This document shows, one piece after another, positions 48,896-57,896 of a stretch of DNA of 64,000 nucleotides. Position 1 is the stretch's first letter. Each line of letters starts with the position of its first letter. The position numbers were made by a program, and so were the translations under genes. Where the stretch lies: positions 448,001 through 512,000 of the forward strand of contig CAWJQI010000004.1 of NCBI GenBank assembly GCA_963845085.1. Reading direction: 5' to 3'. The notes beneath the pieces were generated by a model. That model worked only from the letters and a program-made list of their open reading frames with translations, was not told the origin of the DNA and ran no database searches. Origin of the DNA: Candidatus Fermentibacterota bacterium. Its GTDB lineage: Bacteria; Fermentibacterota; Fermentibacteria; Fermentibacterales; JCC-6.

Positions 48896-50005
48896 TCCCA
48901 TCAAAATGCGGGCGACTTCGGGACGGGTGAATTCGACCGGGGGGAGCTCGCCGGCGGCGAGCATCGTCCTGACCTTTGTTCCCGAAAGGAACACGTGATG
49001 GCTCGGATCGTGGGGGCAGGTACGGGATGTTGCCATGCTGCCGCATGTCCTGCAGAAGAAGGAGTGCTCGAACCGGAGGGGAATGATGCCGATCTCGGAT
49101 GGGTCGAACTCATCGAAGATCAATTGGGCATCGTAAGTGCCGTAGTAGTTCCCCACCCCGGCATGATCACGGCCGACAATGAAATGCGTGCAGCCGTAAT
49201 TCTTTCTGGCTATCGCATGGAACACGGCCTCGCGCGGACCGGCGTATCTCATCGCTGCGGGAAAGACGGACAGTGCGGTCCGGTTTTCAGGGAAGTACCC
49301 CGACAGGAGTTCGGTATAGCACCTCATCCTGACTTCAGCCGGAATATCACCCTCTTTTGTATCCCCTACGAGTGGATGGACAAGAAGGCCGTCGACCACC
49401 TCCATGGCACACTTCTGAATGTACTCGTGAGCCCTGTGGATCGGGTTGCGGGTCTGAAAGGCGACGATCGTCTTCCACCCCTTTTTCTCGAAAAGCAGGC
49501 GGGTCTCACCGGGGTTCAGCCGGTACTCGCGGAAGGGCTCGGAGTCACGGCTGTCGACCGCCAGCACCTCGCCCCCGATGCACCTGTCCGACAGGCCGCC
49601 AAGGTATTCGACTCCGGGATGGGCGGGATCGGTCGTGAGAAGAGTGGTCTGCGCTTCATGGAGGAGGTTGCGCCTGAAAACCTCGGTGACAGTGATGACG
49701 CCCTTCACGTTTCCGTTACGGCACAGGACGGCCCTGTCTCCGGGAACCACATCCGGGTCGCCGGCTTTTGCTGAAAACGTTACGGGCAGGCTGAAAACCG
49801 TGCCATCGGACAAACGCATCCTCTCAAGAACGCTTTCGTAGTCCGGCGCCGTCATGAAGCCCGAGAGTGGGCTGAGAGCCCCGCAACCGATCATTTCGAG
49901 ATCGCTCGTTTCACGGGAGTCGAGGTGAAGTACGGGAAGGTCTTTGGGAACCGCTTCTAGAGCGATTGATCTGTCGATCAGCTTACCGCCGTGGGGCTCA
50001 ATCAT
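48881..50005 (-). CDS. sat: Sulfate adenylyltransferase (ATP sulfurylase)
   Basis: PHGGKL, AFQTRNPIHRAHEY, MRYAGPREA, THFIVGRDHAG, LSGTKVR, EFTRPEV. Confidence 0.96.
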   Translation of the reverse strand: MIEPHGGKLIDRSIALEAVPKDLPVLHLDSRETSDLEMIGCGALSPLSGFMTAPDYESVLERMRLSDGTVFSLPVTFSAKAGDPDVVPGDRAVLCRNGNVKGVITVTEVFRRNLLHEAQTTLLTTDPAHPGVEYLGGLSDRCIGGEVLAVDSRDSEPFREYRLNPGETRLLFEKKGWKTIVAFQTRNPIHRAHEYIQKCAMEVVDGLLVHPLVGDTKEGDIPAEVRMRCYTELLSGYFPENRTALSVFPAAMRYAGPREAVFHAIARKNYGCTHFIVGRDHAGVGNYYGTYDAQLIFDEFDPSEIGIIPLRFEHSFFCRTCGSMATSRTCPHDPSHHVFLSGTKVRTMLAAGELPPVEFTRPEVARILMGGGRT

Positions 50006-50034
50006 TGCTGTGCAATCCTTAGTGTTTTACGGTT

Positions 50035-50652
50035 TCAGGGAGTGTATCTCTCCGGAGCAATTGTTCGCGTAGCGCAGGCTTGATTCAGAAGGTCCCGGAT
50101 CATCCCCTCGAGGGGGATCCGTTCCCACTCCTCATAGTAGCGGGCGGCAACAGCGCCGTTGGAATCGATTATCAGAACTGCAGGCAGGGCACTCACCCCG
50201 AACAGCCTGGTCACGGATGAGTCCGGATCAAGAATGATCGGGCAGAGGAGCGGCCAGTGTGCCGCATCCTCCGCCGAGCCCATGCCTGTGGCAACCACGA
50301 TGCATGCAACAGGGGATTCGTTGAACTGCAAGGCTATCTCTTCCATGCGGTTCACGTCCCGAAGATCGGCCAGCCTGGTCAGGCTGTTGAACAGAACCAC
50401 TACCACATGACCCTTCAGCTCCTGGAACAGGCTGATGTGGCCGGGAACGTTCACCCACGTGCACCCGATGGGGAAGTCCGGCGCAAGGTTGTGCCGGAGC
50501 ACCTGTGTCGCTTCGGGCTGCATGCGGAAAAGAAACCCCGCCAGCACGGCAAACGCCGCAACCGCCAAGGCGAAGAAAAACGCGTTCCGTGCTTTTTCCC
50601 TTGAGTATTCACTCTCCGGAAGATCACTCTTCCGAGGACGGAAAAGAGCCAA
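50035..50652 (-). CDS. Membrane-anchored thioredoxin-fold (TlpA/redoxin-like) protein lacking CxxC
   Basis: TM helix, APDFP, ELKGHVVVVLF, FGVSALPAVLIIDSNG. Confidence 0.65.
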   Translation of the reverse strand: MALFRPRKSDLPESEYSREKARNAFFFALAVAAFAVLAGFLFRMQPEATQVLRHNLAPDFPIGCTWVNVPGHISLFQELKGHVVVVLFNSLTRLADLRDVNRMEEIALQFNESPVACIVVATGMGSAEDAAHWPLLCPIILDPDSSVTRLFGVSALPAVLIIDSNGAVAARYYEEWERIPLEGMIRDLLNQACATRTIAPERYTP

Positions 50653-50655
50653 AAG

Positions 50656-50985
50656 CTACCTACCGATCATCCTTCCAAGAAGAAAGGCAAGGGGGGTCCA
50701 GATGATTGAGGTTCCGAAGAAGAAAAGCCACCCGTTCTTCACGAATTCGATCTCGCCGTGATGAAGGGAAAGCACTGCAAGAGAGCTCCACCCGATCAGC
50801 ATAAGGCCGAGGATCGTGCTCTCGACCCTGCCGGGATTGGCCGCGATCACAGCAATGCCGGAAGCGGCGAATATCACGGGCCACCAGCGGCCGAGGTTGA
50901 ACCCCATCCCCATCAGAAGGAAAACTATTCCCAGACCGAACGCGATGATGGTGAAGACAACCAGTCCCCTGGTAATCGCCTTCAT
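50656..50985 (-). CDS. Small membrane protein
   Basis: Four hydrophobic segments, RWWPVIF motif; tightly packed in the operon. Confidence 0.7.
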   Translation of the reverse strand: MKAITRGLVVFTIIAFGLGIVFLLMGMGFNLGRWWPVIFAASGIAVIAANPGRVESTILGLMLIGWSSLAVLSLHHGEIEFVKNGWLFFFGTSIIWTPLAFLLGRMIGR

Positions 50986-50991
50986 TGCAGC

Positions 50992-51465
50992 CTACCTTTC
51001 GGACTCGGCGGGCGGGGTGAGCCTGGTGAGATCGACCAGCCACCTTTCCCCGCACAGTTCAACACCCACCTCCTGCGTCCCCGAGGCTGTCGAGAGCACA
51101 ACCACGCTCTGCGAGTCGGAGACGTGCTCTACCGATTTAACGGTTCCGGAGAGGTTTCCGCACTCGGGACTCTCCGCCACCATTCGCATGAACAGACCAC
51201 GGCCATCGATCCCGGCGAACTCTTCGGGGGTCAACCCCCCGACAAGTGAGTCGAGCGCGCTCCGGGATTCCTCGTACCCGAACCTCTGAAGCACCACAAC
51301 CGTTGAATCATAAACCGCCTGGGTCGACGGAGTGAGAAGGTCCCAGGCTTCCCCGTACGAACCGTTCTCAAGATCGAGGACAAAGGCCTTGACCACCTGG
51401 GCCGCAGGATCCTGGCCACACCCGAGAACGAGCGCGATGAAAACGAAAGCAATCCTTTTCATCAT
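50992..51465 (-). CDS. Hypothetical lipoprotein (NTF2-like fold suspected)
   Basis: Lipobox VLGC; PAAQVVKAFVLDLENGSYGEAWDLL, ERWLVD; ATGA overlap with the upstream gene. Confidence 0.7.
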   Translation of the reverse strand: MMKRIAFVFIALVLGCGQDPAAQVVKAFVLDLENGSYGEAWDLLTPSTQAVYDSTVVVLQRFGYEESRSALDSLVGGLTPEEFAGIDGRGLFMRMVAESPECGNLSGTVKSVEHVSDSQSVVVLSTASGTQEVGVELCGERWLVDLTRLTPPAESER

Positions 51466-52700
51466 AGACTGTGTACAACCAGGCCGCTTCGCAGCTTGGG
51501 CTCAAACCACGTGGACTTGGGGGGCATGACCTTCCCGGTGTCGGCAACGGACAGCAGCTGGTCAAGTGAAGTGGGATGCATGCTGAATGCCGCTGCGAAC
51601 CTGCCGGAATCCACGAGCCTGACAAGCTCGCCCGTGCCCCTTATCCCGCCTATGAAGTCGATCCTCTCGGATGTTCTGGGATCGTCAATGCCGAGAATCG
51701 GTGCAAGAAGGTTGTTCTGGAGAATGCTTACGTCGAGCCCTTCAACAGGATCAACCTTCTCGAAGGTGCCTTCGATCGGCACGAGCGTGAACCACTGGCC
51801 CTTCATGTACATGGAGAATTCCCTCGGGACCGTCGGGCTTGCCTTGCCCGACCTGGTCACGGAGAATGACTTGGAAAGCTTCTCGAGGAACTGCTCGGGG
51901 GTCATGCCGTTCAGATCCTTGACCGCCCTGTTGTAGGGCAGGATCCGCAACTGGCTCTTCGGGAAGAGCACGGCAAGGATGAAGTTGTACTCCTCAAGCC
52001 CCGAGTGGTTGGGATTCGCTTCCCTCCGTCTGCGGGCAACGATCGCCGCGGAAGCGCTTCTGTGATGACCGTCGGCCACATAGGTAAAGGGCACGTCATT
52101 CCTGAAGTACGCCTCGAGGGTGGTAATGTCTTCCTGGTTTTCCACGAGCCACAGTGTGTGGCGGATACCATCGGATGCGGTAAAATCGTATTCAGGTTCG
52201 CCCTGCACCACCCGTTTCTGGATGGCGTCGATTCCTTCAACGTCCCTGTAGGTGAGAAAAACCGGTCCGGCCTGGGCGTTCTGGGACATGATGTGACGGA
52301 TCCTGTCCTCCTCCTTGGCCTTCCTGGTGTATTCATGCTTGCGGATGACATCCCTGTCGTACTCGTCTGCGGACACGCACGCCATGAGCCCCACCTGGGA
52401 ATGACCGCCCATGATCTGCCTGTAGAAATAGAGCATGGGCTGCTTGTCCTGGACCATGAGACCCTCTTCAACAAGCCTTCTGAGGTTCACTGCTCCCTGA
52501 CGGTAGACCTCGTCGCTGTAGAGATTGACGCTCGGGTCAAGGTCTACCTCAGGTTTGACGACCCTGAGGAAGCTCAGCGGATTGTCCTTTACGATGTCAC
52601 GGGCTTCATCCGAATCAAGGACATCGTAGGGAAGGGAAGCTATTCTGTGAGCGAACTCCTTCCGGGGTCTCAATCCCCGGAACGGCCTGATCATGGACAT
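51462..52700 (-). CDS. DUF1015 family protein
   Basis: IRPFRGLRP, LPYDV, IRKHEYTR, YVADGHHR, MPPKSTWFEPKLRSGL. Confidence 0.92.
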   Translation of the reverse strand: MSMIRPFRGLRPRKEFAHRIASLPYDVLDSDEARDIVKDNPLSFLRVVKPEVDLDPSVNLYSDEVYRQGAVNLRRLVEEGLMVQDKQPMLYFYRQIMGGHSQVGLMACVSADEYDRDVIRKHEYTRKAKEEDRIRHIMSQNAQAGPVFLTYRDVEGIDAIQKRVVQGEPEYDFTASDGIRHTLWLVENQEDITTLEAYFRNDVPFTYVADGHHRSASAAIVARRRREANPNHSGLEEYNFILAVLFPKSQLRILPYNRAVKDLNGMTPEQFLEKLSKSFSVTRSGKASPTVPREFSMYMKGQWFTLVPIEGTFEKVDPVEGLDVSILQNNLLAPILGIDDPRTSERIDFIGGIRGTGELVRLVDSGRFAAAFSMHPTSLDQLLSVADTGKVMPPKSTWFEPKLRSGLVVHSL

Positions 52701-52702
52701 GT

Positions 52703-53701
52703 TCAAATCCTCCGCTTGGTGATGGAAAGAAGAGCCATATCGGCGTCAACCATTTCCCTGACAAGCCCGGTAAAACAAGTTTCCGGGCGCCAGCCGAGAA
52801 GCCGCCCCGCCTTTGTTGCATCCCCCATCAGGGCTTCAACTTCAGTCGGCCTCAAGTACCTGTTGTCGGTTTTAACGAAGCTGTGCCAGTCGAGGTCAAG
52901 GTATTTGAAGACCTCGTCAAGAAACTCCCTTACTGTATGCATCTCGCCTGTCGCCACAACGTAGTCACCCGGTTCGGGCTGCTGCAGCATCGCATGCATG
53001 GCTTTAACGTAGTCCCGGGCATGGCCCCAGTCCCTTGCCGAGTCAAGATTCCCCAGCACCAGTGAAGCCGACAGCCCCATCTTTATCGCTGCTGCACCAA
53101 GTGTGATCTTTCTTGTTACAAAGTTTTCGCCGCGCCGGGGAGACTCATGGTTGAACAGGATGCCGTTTGAGGCGTGCATTCCGTATGCTTCCCTGTAATT
53201 GACAACCATCCAGTGGGCGCAGAGCTTTGCTGCGGCATAAGGGCTTCGCGGGTGGAAGGGTGTTCCCTCGTTCTGCGGGGTCGGGCTTGAACCGAACATT
53301 TCGCTGGTTCCAGCCTGGTAGAACCTGCACTTCCCGGCAAGACCCGTGTCCCTCATGGCATCAAGCAGCCTCGCAACACCTGTCGCGTTGACATCAGTGG
53401 TGTACTCGGGCATTTGAAAGGAGATGCCCACATGGCTCTGGGCCGCGAGGTTGTAGACCTCGTCGGGGGCAACTTTCTCAAGAATGCGGTTGAGTGCACT
53501 GGAATCGGTTAGGTCCCCGTAATGCAGAAAAAGGGTTTGTCCGTAGATCGACTCATCACCGATCAACCGTTCTATCCGTTCGCGGTTGAAACTGCTGGCG
53601 CGTCTGACGATCCCGTGCACCGTGTATCCCTTTTCAAGCAGGTACTCGGTCAGATATGACCCGTCCTGCCCCGTGATACCAGTGATCAAAGCCTTTTTCA
53701 A
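52703..53701 (-). CDS. gmd: GDP-mannose 4,6-dehydratase
   Basis: [48 protein letters not shown]. Confidence 0.97.
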   Translation of the reverse strand: MKKALITGITGQDGSYLTEYLLEKGYTVHGIVRRASSFNRERIERLIGDESIYGQTLFLHYGDLTDSSALNRILEKVAPDEVYNLAAQSHVGISFQMPEYTTDVNATGVARLLDAMRDTGLAGKCRFYQAGTSEMFGSSPTPQNEGTPFHPRSPYAAAKLCAHWMVVNYREAYGMHASNGILFNHESPRRGENFVTRKITLGAAAIKMGLSASLVLGNLDSARDWGHARDYVKAMHAMLQQPEPGDYVVATGEMHTVREFLDEVFKYLDLDWHSFVKTDNRYLRPTEVEALMGDATKAGRLLGWRPETCFTGLVREMVDADMALLSITKRRI

Positions 53702-53738
53702 ACAGATACCTCCCCGAGGATAGTCTGGGGGTAAGATA

Positions 53739-54449
53739 CTACCTTTGTTTCCCTGTGCCCAAAATGGTTTTCAGGGTCTTCCTCTCTCCGGGCCAGCGGG
53801 GATCGAGAACAATGCCTTCAATGGATCTGTAGAGTTTTCTCCAGGGTTGAAGGGAAAGCCCAGCCCCGTCGAAGAGGATGACGCCCTCAAAAAGAACCCT
53901 CCACTTCCACTCCCGTTCGGCCATTCCCCAGGTCTGCACGGCAAGCGGCAACGCTTCGGGCGAGCCTCCTGCATGGCAGGCTTCCAGCATGGCAACAGCC
54001 TCCCATGGAAAACCTGAGGTTTCGAAGGGAACGGGTTGCCCCCCCGAAAGCCTTGCAACCCTTGAAGCAAGTACGGGAAGATCGGCAAGCTCCCGGCACC
54101 TCGCCCAGTCACGTCTTGCCTCGGACAACAGGAAAAGCGGACCCCTGGCAAGTGCGAGCGCCCTGGTTTCAAATCCTTCACCCATCCTGGCCTGCCTGGC
54201 GGACTCGAAAACCTCTTCCGCCTCTTTCCATCGACTTGTTCGGCAAAGAACATCACCAAGAATGGAAAGGCCGGTTCCGTCCTGCGGCAAGGCCCTGGCG
54301 GCGGCGATGGCTTGTGCTGTCTGCCCAAGTTCAAGCAGAATTCTTACTTCCCTCTGTCTCAGCTTCTGGATCAGATCGGGGTCGGTTTCCCCGCGAAGCC
54401 GGTTCTTCAGAGCCAGGAGTTGACAGCCGCCTACTCTTTGATTACGCAT
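53739..54449 (-). CDS. Hypothetical helical / TPR-like protein
   Basis: [29 protein letters not shown] resemble TPR helices; fills the gap between gmd and the divergent gene. Confidence 0.55.
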   Translation of the reverse strand: MRNQRVGGCQLLALKNRLRGETDPDLIQKLRQREVRILLELGQTAQAIAAARALPQDGTGLSILGDVLCRTSRWKEAEEVFESARQARMGEGFETRALALARGPLFLLSEARRDWARCRELADLPVLASRVARLSGGQPVPFETSGFPWEAVAMLEACHAGGSPEALPLAVQTWGMAEREWKWRVLFEGVILFDGAGLSLQPWRKLYRSIEGIVLDPRWPGERKTLKTILGTGKQR

Positions 54450-54475
54450 GACCTACCAATACGGATGGAGCTGCA

Positions 54476-55249
54476 ATGGACGAACTCTTGAACGACATCG
54501 TTTCGAACACCACTTCGGGCGCTTCGGAAACATACATGAAAATTCTCAATCACATAATTCTTGGCAATTTAAAGGATCCCGACCTGCCCGAAGCCCTCCT
54601 GAAATCAGCCGGAGACATGGTTCCTCTCTGCTACGTCGCAAGACGACTCGCCCAGGAGCCGTTGTTCAAGTGGAAGGACGCGGCCGGTGATCTTCAGAGA
54701 GAGATCAGACAGCAGGCAATAGAGTCCGGAATTCAGCTCTACAAACAGCTCGAGGAAACAGGGAACATCCTCCTGTGTCACAGCAGGAGCGGCTCGGTGA
54801 TCAAGGCGCTTGAACACCGCAAGAACCGGCTTGAAATGGTTTACCAAACCATCTCATCTCCCGGCGAGGAGGGAAGAAGCGCCGCGGACACGTTGATACA
54901 GAACGGCTTGAAGGTCGAGCTGATCGAAGACTCCGACTTCACTGCCGCCATCGCGAAGGGAGCTGTGCCCGTGCTTGGCGCCGATGCAGTCACCGAGGAC
55001 TTCGTGGTGAACAAGATCGGCACCCTTGCCATCGTGAACGCCGCCATCGATGCCCAGATATGCCCGATCGTCATTGCCGGACGTGAAAAACTCATCCAGG
55101 GATCCTTCTACGGCGACCGTCCCGTAAACAGCATATTCGAGAGGATACCCCTCGCGGGTTTGAAGGTGATCGTCGGCCCCCAGACCTTCGCCATGCAAAA
55201 GCACGCATCCAGGCTCGCAGCCTTGATCGGCAGCCAGGAAACCTGCTGA
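54476..55249 (+). CDS. eIF-2B alpha / ribose-1,5-bisphosphate isomerase / MtnA superfamily protein
   Basis: TSGASE, HSRSGSV, SSPGEEG, VLGADAV, VVNKIGT, FERIP. Confidence 0.8.
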   Translation: MDELLNDIVSNTTSGASETYMKILNHIILGNLKDPDLPEALLKSAGDMVPLCYVARRLAQEPLFKWKDAAGDLQREIRQQAIESGIQLYKQLEETGNILLCHSRSGSVIKALEHRKNRLEMVYQTISSPGEEGRSAADTLIQNGLKVELIEDSDFTAAIAKGAVPVLGADAVTEDFVVNKIGTLAIVNAAIDAQICPIVIAGREKLIQGSFYGDRPVNSIFERIPLAGLKVIVGPQTFAMQKHASRLAALIGSQETC

Positions 55250-55250
55250 C

Positions 55251-57896
55251 ATGAGTTCCGAGGCCCTCTTCGAGGGTCACTGGCGCTCCCTCGAAAAAGC
55301 GTTTGTCGATAGGCTGGCATCATCCGATGCGCGGCCTCATGCTGTTGTAACAGCCGGATTCCCGCTGCTCGAGCGGCTTCTCACAGTCCTCCGTGACGCG
55401 GGCTTCGCAAACCTTGCCGGCGTGCAGTTCTTTCCAGGCATACCGAAACTTGCGGAAAAGCTGGCCCCCCTTCCTTCCCCGATACCGCCGTCCGCTGCTG
55501 AAATGGCCGGATGCGCCCTTCTGGCATACGGTTCTTCCGAACGGGCGCTGACAGGCGCAGCCTTTCTTGCCGGCATGCTTGAACAGGGAATAGGTTCGAC
55601 CGAGCTGGAAACGGTCCTGCTGTCCCTTCAGGATGACCCCGGACCCTCCGCGTGGGAAACGCTCAGAGCCCTCCGGTCCTTTGAGACGGAGCTATCGGTT
55701 GAGCACCCGCTGAGGGGTGACACGATAATGCGGGGCGTTCCCGGTTCCGGGTACGCATGCGTTTCAATGTACGGCTTCTACGACCTGAACCCCGCCCAGC
55801 GAAGGTTCGTGAGGGCACTTTCAGCGACCACTTCGGTATCATGGTTCAGCCCGGTGCACCCCTCCTCTCCCTGGAGAGATGTCTATGCAAAAACCGGCGA
55901 CTTTCTGGGAACCCTTTATGGAAACCGCAGGCACAGGGTGGATGCGGGAACGCCGATGGCGAAAATGGCCCTGCTTGGTGAAAGCCTGCTGAACGAGAAG
56001 GCGTTTTCGACTCCCGAAGGGGTGGAAATCGTTTCCTGCGGCAGCGGCCTCGGTTTTAAAAGGGGGGTGGTCGAGACCGTGAGGCGGATGCAGGGAACAA
56101 GGCCCGGATTCAGTATTGCGGTCGCTGCCCGCGGTCGCGACAGGGAACAGGTCGCCCTCGCTCTCAACCTTGCGGGCGTCCCTACCAACCCTGGGTTTTC
56201 GACACCTCTCAGTTCGACACCCGCAGGACGTTTTCTGCTCGGGGTGTGCGCCCTCCCGACGTGGAACTGGCACAATTTACTGATCCAAAGGCTGCTCTCA
56301 TTGGGGATCGTATTCGGAGAAAGCCCTTCGGAGTACATGGAGCAGGTTTGCAAAAAGGGTGCCAGGTTTGGGGTCGAAGCGCTCTCCAGGTTGGACATGC
56401 CATTTGCCGAAAGGCTTCTTGCATTCCAGAGACTGCTTCCCGACACCGCCTTGCCGGGCGTTTACCTTCATGCCCTGGAGCGTCTTGTCGAAAAACCGAA
56501 AGGCATTCCGCTTCCCGGGGGGCTGCACGATGCCGTTTTCAGCGGAATGGCGTGGAGGCTGCGCAGCGAGGTCTCCCTCGATGGGTTCAGGGCGATGCTG
56601 CAAGCCCTGCTTGACAATGCGGAACAGGAGATCTTCCCCGCGGATAAATCCGGCGTGTCGGTTCTTTCTCCGGAGCAGCTCCGGGGAACCCGGTTCGACG
56701 CAGTCGTGGTCACGGGTCTTGAAGAATCGGTTTTCCCGTCGCGCTCGACCGAGGACCCTCGGTTCCCGTCAGCCCTGAGACATGCCCTCGAGATGACCAC
56801 CGGGGATACCCGGGAACAGGAGGAGGCGTTTGTTCTCAGACAGGTCTTCGAAGCTGCCGGGGAGCGGCTTGCACTGATAATCAGAACATCCGACGAAGGT
56901 GGGCGAAGCCAGAGGCCGTCCCCGCTGATAGACAGGCTTCTCGCTTCAAAGGAGGCGGAAAGAACCGTCATATCAGACTCCGCCATGGTTCTGATCACCC
57001 CGCCGGCCACGGCGCCCTTTCTCGAACGCGCTCTTTCTGCGGAACGCGAACGGCTGTTCAGCAACTCTTTCGGCCCCCACGACGGGATCATAGGCCCGGG
57101 GGTCGCGACCCCGCCCGAGAGCGTCAACGCATCAATGCTCGAAGCCTATGCGCGCTGTCCTTTCAGGTACATGGTTGAACGGATATGGATGCTGCCCGAA
57201 CCCTCGGCAGCCCCCGTACTCTCGTCTCCGGACAGGCCTGCAAACGGCATTTTCGTCCACAAGGCCCTTGAACTGGCACTCTCGGGAATTACGGCCGGGG
57301 AGGCGGTGACGCGTGCGACCGAAAGACATGATCTCGGAGCTATGCTGGGATCAGACGCTTTTGCAGAGAATTACCGGGAAACGCTTGCAGGAACGGTTGA
57401 GCGCACGCTCGAGTTCTTCCGGAGGGCAGGATATCACCCCCTGGAGAGCGAGAGGAACGTTTCAGGAATCGTCGCCGGACTGCCCGGAACCGGCAGGCTC
57501 GACCTTCTGGCCGAAACGGCTGACGGTCTTGTGGCACTTGATCTCAAGACCGGCGATCCGAAAAGGTACAGGAAACCACTTGAGAACATGAATCTGTTTC
57601 AGCTGCCGGTGTACTACGCCCTGTGTTCAGCAAAGCCGGTGCAAATGGGCTATCTTCATGTTCGCAGCGATGATGTGCCGGTCCTGACCAGCGTAACGAA
57701 AGGGGAGATCGAAGAGGTGCTTCCAGCCTTCGAAGAGCGTATCCGGGATATTTTCCGGTGCATCTCATCGGGCATCTTCCCTCCCTCCGGGGATGAGAAC
57801 GTCTGCGGCAGCTGCGGATGCGGCCATCTCTGCAGGATATCTCCAAGAACACGCCTTGCGAGAAAGGGGATCGGTGGAAACGCACATTCCTCCTGA
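55251..57896 (+). CDS. addB: AddB-like PD-(D/E)XK nuclease subunit
   Basis: YGFYDLNPAQ, VVTGLEESVFP, RPSPL, YARCPFRY, GRLDLL...LDLKTG, QLPVY and C-terminal CxxCxxxxxC (Fe-S staple). Confidence 0.8.
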   Translation: MSSEALFEGHWRSLEKAFVDRLASSDARPHAVVTAGFPLLERLLTVLRDAGFANLAGVQFFPGIPKLAEKLAPLPSPIPPSAAEMAGCALLAYGSSERALTGAAFLAGMLEQGIGSTELETVLLSLQDDPGPSAWETLRALRSFETELSVEHPLRGDTIMRGVPGSGYACVSMYGFYDLNPAQRRFVRALSATTSVSWFSPVHPSSPWRDVYAKTGDFLGTLYGNRRHRVDAGTPMAKMALLGESLLNEKAFSTPEGVEIVSCGSGLGFKRGVVETVRRMQGTRPGFSIAVAARGRDREQVALALNLAGVPTNPGFSTPLSSTPAGRFLLGVCALPTWNWHNLLIQRLLSLGIVFGESPSEYMEQVCKKGARFGVEALSRLDMPFAERLLAFQRLLPDTALPGVYLHALERLVEKPKGIPLPGGLHDAVFSGMAWRLRSEVSLDGFRAMLQALLDNAEQEIFPADKSGVSVLSPEQLRGTRFDAVVVTGLEESVFPSRSTEDPRFPSALRHALEMTTGDTREQEEAFVLRQVFEAAGERLALIIRTSDEGGRSQRPSPLIDRLLASKEAERTVISDSAMVLITPPATAPFLERALSAERERLFSNSFGPHDGIIGPGVATPPESVNASMLEAYARCPFRYMVERIWMLPEPSAAPVLSSPDRPANGIFVHKALELALSGITAGEAVTRATERHDLGAMLGSDAFAENYRETLAGTVERTLEFFRRAGYHPLESERNVSGIVAGLPGTGRLDLLAETADGLVALDLKTGDPKRYRKPLENMNLFQLPVYYALCSAKPVQMGYLHVRSDDVPVLTSVTKGEIEEVLPAFEERIRDIFRCISSGIFPPSGDENVCGSCGCGHLCRISPRTRLARKGIGGNAHSS

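Noticed and set aside
52005..52964. 319-aa plus-strand ORF, and similar long antisense ORFs at 29734-30636, 30765-31631 and 27660-28520
   Set aside because: Mirror-frame shadows of well-supported minus-strand genes.
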